A stretch of DNA of 64,000 nt. It comes from Eledone cirrhosa. Its lineage: Eukaryota. The stretch lies in contig OZ024740.1 of the NCBI GenBank assembly GCA_964016885.1, positions 293,570,001 through 293,634,000 of the forward strand, given 5' to 3'. The notes under the pieces were generated by a model. That model did not search any database. It saw nothing but the letters and a program-made list of their open reading frames with translations, and was not told where the DNA came from. The position numbers and the translations under genes are program-made. Positions 1-11,919 of this stretch are shown piece after piece; position 1 is the first letter of the stretch, and each line of letters begins with the position of its first letter.

Positions 1-696
1 TGAATTTTGTCATGTTATCAGCATGACCACTTCCCAGAGTGAAGCGAGTGCTCTTTCTTGTTGTGTTATCAGATCACCACACATGGTAGACTTAGTGTTT
101 TTTTGTCATGGCAGCAGCAGTGTGGGAGATCAGATGTGGAGCATGTCCAGTTTCCCATGCTTGTATGCATGGGTTGTGCAGAAGAGATGTATCAGACCTA
201 AGGAGTGATGGTTGGGGGTGGGGGACAAGCAATCAAGTTGGACATGAATGGAATGAGTGGAATATTTAAGTGGTATTCTGTTTAAATTATATAAAACATT
301 TTCTTGTTTTTGACATGTTTTACTTAATTACCTTAATTTATGTTAACTACTTGTCATTTCAGGATTTAATCAGTAACACAGTACACATTGAAAAACATAT
401 GTCCTATAAATTTTTAAACCCCTGGCTAGGATCTGGACTGCTTACTAGGTATGCATTAGGCAAGTTTTAATTATTTCTGATTATTGATAATGACATGAAA
501 TGTATTTCTATAAGTGTTATATCGTCATCATCATCATCATCATTGTTTAACATCCATCTTATATATATATATTAATGGGCCTACACACATTGTTAGTTGC
601 TAGTAGTACAGGTAATTATGAACAAAAATTGTTGTTTTTTTTTTATCACTTGCAACGCTGAGCCTATCTATAAAACTAACCTTAATCATAAAACCA

Positions 697-870
697 AATT
701 TGCACTGGTTGCCGTCAAGACCTCAGGCGCCCTTGGATCCCGTACAGCCAAGCTCCTCCATAAAATAGGGACGTCAGCAGCTCATCTAAGAAAGGAGCCC
801 TGCGAGATTGGGTGGCCGTTGCAATAGGTATCATTGACCAGTCCGCGAAAATGCCTTTGCAATTTTTATC
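697..870 (+). mobile_element. 3' fragment of RLE-type (CRE-like) non-LTR retrotransposon, degraded
   Basis: Translates FALVAVKTSGALGSRTAKLLHKIG..EIGWPLQ*VSL, matching the F.P.AVET.G..G C-terminus of RLE elements; homologous to 12920-13070. Confidence 0.6.
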
Positions 871-1149
871 CGTGGGGTGAAGCCGAAACATAGGTGTAGT
901 GTCTGTCACTCTCTCCTCCTCCCCTCTCTTTCTTCCATGCCTAATAGTACTTTCCCTTTCCCTGTAGTCCTTGATCTTTCTCTAATTTTCTTTTCATTTA
1001 TGGCATTTATAGTCCTTCCCATTACTTTCCTATACAACCAGATTTGCCCTTCTTTACACCTTCTCCCTTTTTTTCATTAGTTAATTTTGTTTTCATCCTT
1101 TTTTGATATTTTCATTCATGTATAATCGTAACATCACCGCCCCATTCAA

Positions 1150-2350
1150 CGTAAAGTGCCTGGATTATGCCACATTGGGCAGGCCCGAGGAGACTGTCAG
1201 CCATGCGATTGGTGGATCCTGCTCTGGCGAGAATCGGCCTTGAGGTCAACTCATCTGAGTCGGAGGTGGTGAATGTCAACCACGATGCAGAAGGTTTTGC
1301 AGCCTCCCTCACAGGCATGCGATAAATTTTCCGCAGGTGCAGGTGACCTCGAAAGAAGATGTCCTCATCCTCGGGTCACTGATCCTCCCACCGGCAATCT
1401 ACTCTATCATCAGATCCATCAGCTCATTATCCTCACAAGCAGGCTGGGCATGACTGACACCCTTCCAGCTCTTTTCCTGTTGAGGAACTGCTTCGCTATG
1501 TCGAGGCTCCTCTACACATTTCATAGCGCTTCTTGCTACAACCACGCAGCTCTCCTCACAGACCTCGATATTTGTATCTGAATGGCAGTTGAGGAGATAT
1601 GCAACGTCAGGTTTGATGACTTTGGATAGGAACAGGCCACCTTACCCATTAGAAACCGTGGCATTGGCTTTGCCGGTGTTTCATTCGTTTGTAACCTCTT
1701 GACGTGTCCTCATCAACCGGGTTCTCACACAACACAACGGAAGCCACTGTAATTGAGAAATGCGAGGCCACTGGCAAGACTTAGAACTGGCTCTGATTCC
1801 GCCCAGTAGACGTCCCTCCTCCTCTTCCCCCTGTAGCCATCAAATCCATCCTGAGCATATGGGATGTCATCCAGTGCGACATGGCCTCAGACAGGCTAAC
1901 GCGGCAGTTTGACCAGTACCACCACATGTTTTTGCTTGGCCTCACAACCCCACAATGGTGTCTGACTCTATGCCTTACCTTCCTTTTCAATTGGCACGCA
2001 GCTGGATAACAATAGCCTGCGAATCGGGGTTTCCCTGAGGCTCGCCCTCTAAATCTGTGAGCCACAAAAATGTCGCTGCAGATCCACAGTAGACTCTTTT
2101 GGCCTCCACCCACTGTCCTGTTGCTACAGTGCTGGCCGCCTTCTACACCATGCTGCTCTCAACGAGATCATAAAGATGGCTTAGATGCTGCAGGCTTCCT
2201 CTCCCATCTTGAACCAACGGGAATGGACCGAGGGGACAGCAGATGACATGACCATCTTCCCATTCCGTAGCGGTAAACCCCTAGCTGCTCTCCAACAGGT
2301 TTGCGGTCAAGCCCGTAGCGGTTGAGACTTCTGCTGTCCTTGGCCCTAGG
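1150..2350 (+). mobile_element. Degraded RLE-type (CRE-like) non-LTR retrotransposon, RT end to endonuclease
   Basis: Frameshifted pieces LDYATLG, LFLLRNCFAMSRLLY, QATLPIRNRGIG, HPLSCCYSAG..HAALNEII, LEPTGMDRGD, AVET; many stops. Confidence 0.65.
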
Positions 2351-2396
2351 ACCACCTCCCTACTCACCACCATCGGCACAGAGTTGGATACCCATA

Positions 2397-2572
2397 GGTG
2401 GTGATAGTGGTGGTGGGGGTGGTGGAAGTAGTAGTAGTAGTGCTAGTAGTGCTAGTAGCAGTAGTAGTAGTGCTAGTAGCAGTAGTAGTAGTAGTGCTAG
2501 TAGTGCTAGTAGCAGTAGTAGTAGTGCTAGTAGCAGTAGTAGTAGTAGTAGTAGCAGCAGCAGCAACAGCAG
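2397..2572. repeat. (AGT/AGC/GGT)n trinucleotide microsatellite
   Basis: Visible runs of gtagtagta/gctagtagc; source of the poly-S/L/T/V ORFs. Confidence 0.95.
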
Positions 2573-2764
2573 CCACTTAAGTCAGCGTTATTTGTTATTA
2601 GATCATATATTTACTACATCATAAAATGTCAGTTTACGAACCAGTAACAAACTTTTACAAAACATTTTTGCTATGCTTTTGAATATTTACTATACAGGCA
2701 GGTGGTGTGAAAAAAGTCTCCATGTGAAAGTGGGTGATGGAGCAAAAAAGGTTGGGAAGCCCTG

Positions 2765-2952
2765 AGTGGATTGGCAGTATTGATAGAGCACTGAACGCTA
2801 TGCTTTGCAACATAGAGTTACGGCCCTTTATGGTCTGAGTTCAAATCTCGCCAAGGTTAACTTTGCCTTTCATCCTTACGGGCTCGATAAGATAAAGCTC
2901 CAGTATTGCACTGGGGTAATTACTGGCTTTTTGCCAAATGTAGAAACAATTA
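2765..2952 (+). mobile_element. tRNA-derived SINE family A, diverged copy
   Basis: Same layout as 55572-55760: gtggattggcagtat..tgagttcaaatc..ctttgcctttcatccttacggg.tcgataa..gtagaaacaatt. Confidence 0.8.
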
Positions 2953-3429
2953 TTCGTTATTGGTTAATCTGAGGCCACAAAAACCTCTTGCCTAAAGTGT
3001 CACATAATGGGATCTAACTCCAGATCACTTGTTTGAAAAGTGAAGTTTGTTAATCCTATGGATATACCTTTATCTTTATTTTCCTTACCCCTTAGGGATT
3101 TATCACTGATCCAACTTCTTTTAACTGTCACAGGGGATTGAAGAATGCACAACTTTATATTTAGAAAACTTAAAGAAAAGACCAAACATTAATGAGGATG
3201 AGGCAGTGGGAAAGAAAAAAATGGCTTTCTTGGATACTCTTCTTGATAAATTGTATAAAGGTGAAATAGACAAGACATGGGTAAGAGAAGAGGTGGACAC
3301 ATTTATGTTTGCAGTGAATTTATTCAATATATTAACCTTTATTAAATATCTATATATCTGAGAAATTTTGTAAATAACATTGTAAATGCTCATATTGTTA
3401 GATTCATCTTTGAAAATGTAATTTATTTT

Positions 3430-4415
3430 CAATATTTTGATCTACAATATGTTTTGATGTACCCTATGTTTTGATCTTCACTATATTTTGATTCCAGTAT
3501 ATTTTGATTCCCACTATGTTTTGATCTCTACTACGTTTTGATCTCCACTGTGTTTTGATTTTCACTATATCTTGATCTCCACTATATTTTATCTCCATCA
3601 TGTTTTGACTTACACTATGTTTTGATCTCCACTATATTTTGATCTCCACTATATTTTGATCCACACTATGTTTCATTTCCATTATGTCTTGATCTCCATT
3701 ATAATTTGATCTCCACTATATTTTGATCTACACTATGTTTTGTTCTCCACTTTATTTTGACCTACACTGTTTTTATATCCACTATATTTTGATCTACACT
3801 ATGTTTTGATCTCTACTACGTTTTGATACCCACTATGTTTTGATCTCCATTACGTTTTGATCATCACTATATTTTGATCTCTACTACGTTTCGATCTCCA
3901 GTGTTTTAATTTTCACTATATTTTGATCAACACTATATTTGATATACACTATATTTTGATCAACACTATATTTGATATACACTATATTTTGATCCCCATT
4001 ATGTTTTGATATCCACCATGTTTTGAGCTACATTGTATTTTGATCTCCTCTGTGTTTTGATTTTCACTATATTTTGATCAACACTATATTTGATATGCAC
4101 TATATCTTGATCTCCCCTATATTTTTATTTACACTATGCTTTGATCTCTACTATATTTTGATCTCCACTATATTTTGATCCACACTATGTTAGATCCCCA
4201 CTATATTTTGATCTCCTCTATGTTTGATCTCTCACTATATTTTGACCGGCACTGTTTTTACCTCCACTATATTTTGATCTCCACTATATTTTGACCTATG
4301 CTATGTTTTAATCTCCACTATATTTTGACCTACACTATGTTTTGATCTCCACTATATTTTGTTCTCCATTATGTCTTGATCAACACTATATTTTGATCTC
4401 CACTATATTTTGGTC
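3430..4415. repeat. 17-bp minisatellite (consensus CTCCACTATATTTTGAT)
   Basis: Period 17 read directly (gat at 3624 and 3641); about 55 diverged units. Confidence 0.95.
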
Positions 4416-4841
4416 TTCATGCATCAAATTAGCTTCGTAGATAACGTTATTACCATTATTTTAAATATACATTTAAAGTATGTAGTCAGACGACCATATA
4501 AAATTCCCTCATTATACCATGAGTTCAAATATATTGTCAGAACTTTTAATTCAAAATTTAAATTTCTAAGAATGTTTAAAATATAAAAGTATGTAAAAAA
4601 TATTTGATATATATGTGGTAGATAAATGAACCACAAAACTACCTATCAAAACTATTGAGCATCATATGCTTGGTTTGTCAAGGTTGACTTCTCTTGTCAC
4701 CTTTGTATGTGCTAACACTAATGCTACTATACAGAAACTAGAAACACGGCCGTATTGAGAGTTGTTTTTTGCACAGGCATATGACCTGAGAGCAAGTTTA
4801 TTTGCTTATCAAACTCACATCATTGAATTTGGTTATGGTAG

Positions 4842-5556
4842 TGTAACGGAATATTATGTGTGGTTGTAACGATAAGTGGATGGATGAATGTAACGGTTGG
4901 TATGGTGGTTTCGATGTAAAGAAAAATACCAGGATTGTGTTGTTACAAAGTTTATTTTATTATAACAATATTCAATTTGAATATTGGATGATAAAATCAA
5001 TGACACGAAATATTCATACAATAATTTGGTGGCTCTTTGAGCCACTAAATTCACGTATCACAGAATACGATTATAATATGTGTAAACAAAAATGAATGGT
5101 GCATGTACAAATGCTGGACTCACTATGAATGCGTGTGTGCGGTGTATCAGTATATTTACTTATTTGTATTGCAGGAGTTAGCGATCAGCCAGGAAGGTGA
5201 GAATAAGTGGCAGACTGGTTTTTCGCGACGAGGGCTTGTAAATGCGACTTGTCTTGTCTGTATATCACTTCTTTTCTGTCGGGGCGTAAACAATCCCTGT
5301 ATTTATAAGAGTTGAAGTTAGAAGGATAGATATATCCTCTGAACTTTGGTTAGTTCCCAAGGGATTATTTTGCCAAGCGTAAACAAGTCAGAAAGATGGA
5401 TATATCCTCTGACCTATTTTCTGTCAGGCGTAAACACCTCTGACCTGTGTTTAGCCTCTCTCAAGGGGTTAGTCTCTTGAGCGTAAACAAGTTACCACGG
5501 CTTGTCCCAGAGGCGGGCAAGCTCAGATTCGGTTTCGAATCTTCGCCACCGTTATA
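4842..5556. mobile_element. Solo LTR (Gypsy-type), copy 1
   Basis: Ends TGTAACGG...CCGTTATA (imperfect inverted termini), flanked by 4-bp TSD GTAG; highly similar to 8238-8987. Confidence 0.85.
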
Positions 5557-5599
5557 GTAGCAATTAGCAATCCAAGATTTTCTGTATTCAATTACATAT

Positions 5600-6320
5600 G
5601 ATTCTTCTTAATTTCAACGAGGTGTATGCATATTTTTGTTAGCTCAGGTCAGGAATGTGGTTTCACAGAGGTCTGGATCCCAAGATATGGATGATCGTTC
5701 TTGACTAGATTTTATTTCAGTACTCTTCAAATAGAACAGTAGTAATGATAGTACCTTCTGCTTAATGGCCATTTATGCCCTGTCAGGGACAGCACAAACA
5801 ATCTTCTTTGGCCATCTAGAGTAATTCTTGAGAAATTAGTCTAGGGGTGATCTTCAGTAGATTAAAAGAAGTAAGGAATGATGCAAAGAAGAGACATTAT
5901 AGACAATTTTTATCCCCTAACTCTGCTAAATGCAGAGTTTAAGATTTTAGCCAATGAGCTTGCAATGAAGTAGGTATTTGTTGCCAGTAGTGTACTCAGA
6001 AGTGGAAACCTATGCAGTGATCAACAGGTCTATTCATGACAACTTCATGTGATACAGAGTGATGCTATGTAATAAACCAGTTTTTGTAGGTTATTGATCC
6101 ATTTGGATCAATCTACAGCCTTCAATTGGGATGTCTGTTCATCACAATTTCATCGTCATCCTTAGTGCAGAAGCTTTTGGTCCTATTTTCAGAAACTGTG
6201 TCATGTCAGTCAGTACATAGCAGCATCGGCTCAAAAGTTACACCAAAAGACTATCAATCGAAAACAACTCAAATCACACACTCAGACCTTCAAAGGATTC
6301 CTCTCATCATTCTTGTCTGA
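5600..6320 (-). mobile_element. Possible highly degraded CR1-group LINE relic
   Basis: Only weak minus-strand peptide resemblance to the EN-RT linker; no intact motif. Confidence 0.25.
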
Positions 6321-6559
6321 GCCATTTCTTTTCTTTCTTTTTTGGGGATAGGTGGGTGGGTCAGTATCATGTTTCTAGAACAAGGGAGAAGGATGTGAAT
6401 GTAAATGAATAACATCATCATCTTGCTGGACAACTTGGAAATCCATGTGATAAGAATCATAGACCCTCACAATATTGATAAAATAGTGTACTGCACTAAG
6501 AACTATGATTAATATAATTGACAAAACACTCTTGAAGGTGGAGTCCTAAAATGGTCACA

Positions 6560-8237
6560 CTCAAATGACTGAAACCAGAAAAATAAAAAAAATGTCTGAA
6601 AAATGGTGTCTAATTATTAGATTTTATGTTCTTGTAAAGTATCAATTAGAGAAAAATATGAAATATTCAATCTCTTGGATTGAACTTAGAAACTCAGAAT
6701 CCTATCGGAACCATTCCATTTCACCAATCTGCAATCTTGAGACTTTATTATAAATTGCTAATTATAGTAATTTAATTAATAAAAAAAGTGAATTATTTTC
6801 AAATTGACTCCATAAATCTACAAGAACATTTCAAGCATCACATAAATTTAGGAAAAAACATTGACTGAGTGAGAAAGGATATTGACTTTTATTAATAATT
6901 AATAATTCTTGTTTTTATTAGTATTATGTAAAATGTTTTACCTCACCGTAGGAAATGCATATCGGTTCTTTTATATAGTAAGTTAATCTCTTGATTGACT
7001 AAATACCTTTAGTTGGGTTTTGAATCCTCATTTTATGTCTTGAATTTTCTAAATTTGAGATCTGAAATACCTTTTAGTTAATTTAAACATTTACATATGT
7101 TGTACGAAGCCTTTGTTTACATTTATCGTGTATAATTTTCGTTTTATCCAAATTGATTAATAATCTGTATTTAACTTGACCTATAGTATTGAATAAAATA
7201 AGATTTGGTTGAATCGAAATAATAATACTTTCAGGAGTAAATATAACTAATAATTAATCCTATATGTAATTGACAACTATTGATTTAAATAGTATTGTTT
7301 ATAATATTTATAATCTAAACATTATATAAATTGCATATACAGATGCTGATATGCAATTAAGTTATGATAAATACTCATACTTATTTAATATATTTATAAA
7401 CATCATTGGTACTTAATAATATTTCGGACTTTGAATTTTGTAACTAAATATTGAATATATTTATTATTTTAACTATGCTCCTGATTAACATTGAAAATAT
7501 TTTATATTGTTTAATTTGGATATAATATAATAGTATAATTTGCTCAAATATAACCAAATACAATAGATTAAAATTTCACGGTATTTAATTGATCGCTTCT
7601 ACCTGACTTAATATTTGAAAAAAAAATGGTCACGCATCATGTCCCTTTCTTCTTTTTTCTCTCTTTCTTTTTTATATCTTTTCCTTATGCAGTTATATAT
7701 TCTATCATCTCTATCTCCCCCTCTCTTCTTTTTATCTACATCTTTATATCTTTTTCCCTTTTCTCTTCTATTTAGCACTCTCTCTTTTGTCTTTTTCTCT
7801 ATCACGGATATTTACATATTTAAATATTTAACATTTATATACTTATGTGTTTATTTATTTATTTATTTATTTATTCTATACTTTCTCCTACTCACCCACT
7901 CCTATTACTTATATCTCGCTACTTATCCCTCTCCATCATATTTAGTTTGACACACTTTTACTTGTGGTATATAAATATTGAGTTTGTCAAATCACTGCCA
8001 AGACTGGAATTGAACCATCAGTACAGTTGAGGTATGTCATACATCAATTTTTGTATTTTATCTGATGAGGACGTACTGAAAAAAACAGCACAGTACCTCC
8101 GAAATATATATAATAAAACATATTTTGATTATGTGAATGTATCCATTTATTAATATTTTGAATAATATTAATAACTCCAGAAAACTTCGTTGTTGAGTGC
8201 TTTTAATCTATTGTAAAACTATATTCATTGAATAATC
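6560..8237 (+). mobile_element. Interrupted Penelope-like element 3' part (GIY-YIG C-terminal relic plus pLTR)
   Basis: 6725-6864 aligns by eye with 58820-58968 (CNL..ETLL..NY..LINKKSELFSN); 7975-8220 aligns with the 58960-59135 and 58310-58370 pLTRs. Confidence 0.7.
8056..8118 (+). ncRNA. Type I hammerhead ribozyme (Penelope pLTR type)
   Basis: ttttat-CTGATGA-stem II gga.gtactg/cagtac.tcc-GAAA-tatata-TA-ataaaa; predicted cleavage after 8112. Confidence 0.85.
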
Positions 8238-8987
8238 TGTAACGGATTATTATGTGTGGTTGTAACGATAAGTGGATGGATGGATGTAACTGTTGGTATG
8301 GTGGTTTCGATGTAAAGAAAAATACCAGGATTGTGTTGTTACAAAGTTTATTTTATTATTATAACAATATTCAATTTGAATATTGAATGATAAAATCAAT
8401 AACACAAAATATTCATACAATAATTTGGTGGCTCTTCGAACCACGTAAATTCAAGTATCACAGAATACGATTATAATATAATTTGTACTGTATCAGAAAG
8501 GTACAGTATGTGTAAACAGAAATGAATGGTGCGTGTACAAATGCTGAACTTACTATGAATGCGTGTGTGTGTATCAGTATATTTTACTTGTTTGTATTGC
8601 AGGAGTCAGAGATCAGCCAGGAAGGTGAGAATAAGTGGAAGACTGGTTTTTCGTGACGAGAGCTTGTAAATGCGACTTGTCTTGTCTGTATATCACTTCT
8701 TTTCTGTCGGGGCGTGAACAACCCCTGTATTTATAAGAGTTGAAGTTAGAAGGATAGATATATCCTCTGAACTTGGGTTAGTCTCTCCCAAGGGATTAGT
8801 TTGCCAAGCGTAAACAAGTCAGAAAGATAGATATATCCTCTGACCTATTTTCTGTCAGGCGTAAACACCTCTGACCTGTGTTTAGCCTCTCCCAAGGGGT
8901 TAGTCTCTTGAGCGTAAACAAGTTACCACGGCTTGTCCCAGAGGCGGGCAAGCTCAGATTCGGTTTCGAATCTTTGCCGCCGTTATA
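8238..8987. mobile_element. Solo LTR (Gypsy-type), copy 2
   Basis: Same TGTAACGG...CCGTTATA ends with its own 4-bp TSD AATC; inserted into the Penelope pLTR. Confidence 0.85.
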
Positions 8988-9016
8988 AATCAATTAACCT
9001 TGTTTAACATTTGATC

Positions 9017-9051
<35 letters not shown>

Positions 9052-9079
9052 TTTAAAAAAGGAAATATATATATATAGT

Positions 9080-9590
9080 AATTTGAGTATGTGTTGGTCA
9101 GAAATTGATGATGAGTTCATCCAGTCGATTCCATCTAGACCTGCAAAGCTGGCAATGGCTGATCCTCCTTAATTTGATGAGGTGGTGAAGGCCATTGCCA
9201 AATTAAACAGCGGCAAGTCACCTGGAATGGATGGACTGAGTGCTGAGATTTTCAAGTATGCGGGTGATAACCTCTTAAACTGCCTTACTGATCTCTTTGT
9301 GAATGTTTGGAATGAAGATGAACCACGGGACTGGAAAGATGCATTGATGGTGGTACTTTACAAAGGAAAGGGAGCCAAAAATGATCGTGACCGCTACAGA
9401 GGTATCTCACTGCTATCTGTGGCTGGGAAGATCTTGTGCAGGATTTTGTTGGAGATTGATACAGCACATTGCTGTTGAGGTACTTCCTGAATCCCGATCT
9501 GGCTTTAGGAATGGCAGAGGCACTGTTGATATGATATTCTCGGCCAAACAACTTCAAGGGAATTGCATTGTGCAGCGCATGGATTTATAC
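9080..9590 (+). mobile_element. RTE-clade LINE reverse transcriptase fragment (frameshifted)
   Basis: KAIAKLNSGKSPGMDGLSAEIFK..WKDA..LYKGKG..YRGISLLSVAGKIL, then LPESRSGFRNGRGTVDMIFSAKQLQ; same family as 51440-53930. Confidence 0.9.
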
Positions 9591-10160
9591 ACACTGTTTA
9601 TGTTGAGATATGTATGTCTTATCTACACACTGTTTATGTTGAGATGTGTATGTCCTATCTACACACTGTTTATGTTGAGATGTGTATGTCTTATCTGCAC
9701 ACTGTTTATGTTGAGATGTGTATGTCTTATCTATACACTGTTTATGTTGGGATGTGTATGTTTTATCTACACACTGTCTATGTTGGGATGTGTGTGTCTT
9801 ATCTACACACTGTCTATGTTGAGATGTGTATGTCCTATCTACACACTGTTTATGTTGGGATGTGTGTGTCTTATCTACACACTGTTTATGTTGAGATGTG
9901 TATGTCCTATCTACACACTGTTTATGTTGGGATGTGTATGTCTTATCTACACACTGTCTATGTTGAGATGTGTATGTCCTATCTACACACTGTCTATGTT
10001 GAGATGTGTATGTCCTATCTACACACTGTTTATGTTGGGATGTGTGTGTCTTATCTACACACTGTTTATGTTGAAATGTGTATGTCTTATCTACACAGTG
10101 TTCATGTTGCAATATGTCTGTCTTATCTACACACTGTTTATTTTGAAATGTGTATGTTCA
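9587..10160 (+). repeat. 36-bp minisatellite, short array (about 16 units)
   Basis: Unit ACACACTGTTTATGTTGAGATGTGTATGTCTTATCT; 12-aa periodic pseudo-ORFs. Confidence 0.97.
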
Positions 10161-10746
10161 TCTATGTCTTCCAATGTATGTCTTCCAATATTCAATACAA
10201 CATTCAATAAAATATCCAATAATATATGTTATCCTTATCTCTCTTGGACAAATATAAAGTTGTTGACCTATTACCAATTGATATTAAAGCATTTATTGTG
10301 AAAATGTTAAGAGTTCATATAACACAGTTAAAGAATTTGTTCTTTAGTGGGTAGAATACAAAAAGTTTTTAAGTGATTAATAAAAGCCATCTTAGTTCTG
10401 TAGTAGAACACATTCTTTATCTTCTTGGTACTTCTGTATCAGGTGGACAAGTGATTACTGTAATATGTAATGTGTGGTCAGATGAGTGGGACATTATGGT
10501 ATAAACTACAGTCTGGGGATTACTGATGATGAAAGTAAGCATTCCACTAAGCTGGTCAGAATATTTTGACAATATTAAAGATAAGACAATGTATTTCTTA
10601 GAAAGATAGCTTCAAGTGAAAAATATGAAAGCTCTGATGATTGAATGAAATATTAATTGACAATAATACAATTGTTTAGTTTAATTTATTTTAAGATAAT
10701 ACTGTTCTAGTTGACAATATATTACATGTGCTGTAAAGTAAATAAT

Positions 10747-10933
10747 TGTTTCTACTTTTGGCACAAGGCCAGCAATTATCCCAGTGCATTACTGGTACTT
10801 TATTTTATCGACCCCGTAGGGATGAAAGGCAAAGTTAACCTCGGCGGGATTTGAATTCAGACCATAAAGGGCCGTAACTCTTTGCTGCAAAGCATGGCGT
10901 CTGACCCTCTACCGATACTGCCAATACACCGCC
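10747..10933 (-). mobile_element. SINE family A, full length
   Basis: Reverse complement of 55572-55760; 16-bp TSD CTGTAAAGTAAATAAT at 10731 and 10934. Confidence 0.9.
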
Positions 10934-11919
10934 CTGTAAAGTAAATAATAGCAGCTTTGTATATCTTCTTTTTCTGTTCCCCATCTTTCTATATCCCATC
11001 AGCCTGACTCTCAAACATCTAAGTGATAATGACACACTGTACATCTTACCAGCTCACACATATCATTTCAGCAATTGCTATGAACTGCCTTCATGTAAGA
11101 ATAAAACAATTTTTGCAGTAAAAAATCCCCTGACCTTCTGGTTATTGGCAAGAGGAGGCTTGATCTCCTTCAATACCCAATCTACATTCTACAGCTGTTC
11201 AGACCTTCTGTGATATGCTTATTGGTCCCAGTTGCAGCTTCCATTTTTCTGGTTTCACCTGTGAAAATTATGATAAGCTTATATAATATCATGTGTCCAA
11301 TAAGTGGAACCAGCATATCCCAGGGAGTGTCCTTGATGATTGAGACAAATATAAGATACTCTGTGATTTCTCTATACAAAAGAACAGCAGACTTGATATT
11401 GTAGTTAAGACAGGCATGAATGCCAGATTATTGATGTTAAAATCCTTAGGAGACCACAACATAACGTTCAAAGGAATTGAATAAATCAGTATGTAAACTT
11501 GAAAATCGAAGTTGAACATGCTAAGCCCCCTATAGTGTCATCCCTATTCCCTATAGTTGCAATATAAACCCCTGTAACTTTATTCCAAACATCTATAGAT
11601 TCAATATTAGTTCTGTTTATGTTCCCACATCTACAGTTTCCACCCCAGCTCCCTATAGTTTGTTGACTTCAACATATCTTTGAAAGGTATTGAATAAATA
11701 ATAAAAAATATTGATAATAATGTTTATTATAAGAAAAAATAATTATATAATTGTGTATAATTACATATATTTCTAAGTACATTTCAAGCAAAAGAAGAAA
11801 ATGAAAAAAAATCTCATTGCATAAAATAGTGAAAACAAACAATATCATTATTAATATTTAAAAACAGAAAAGGATGAGAAAGGCAAGGGCTGACAACAGG
11901 TTTACTACCACCACAGTGT

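Noticed and set aside
2322-2624. Ser-rich / Leu-rich secreted protein ORFs
   Set aside because: Translation of a trinucleotide microsatellite.
2690-2764. hAT-like right end (AAAAAGGTTGGGAAGCCCTG)
   Set aside because: No matching left TIR or TSD found, so no element could be delimited.
4842-8987. Single full-length LTR retrotransposon
   Set aside because: Each repeat has its own distinct TSD and the interior lacks PBS, gag and pol.
10950-11500. Possible exon or transposase relic (GHSLGYAGSTYWTHD on minus strand)
   Set aside because: No recognisable family, and stops in all frames; cannot be supported without a search.
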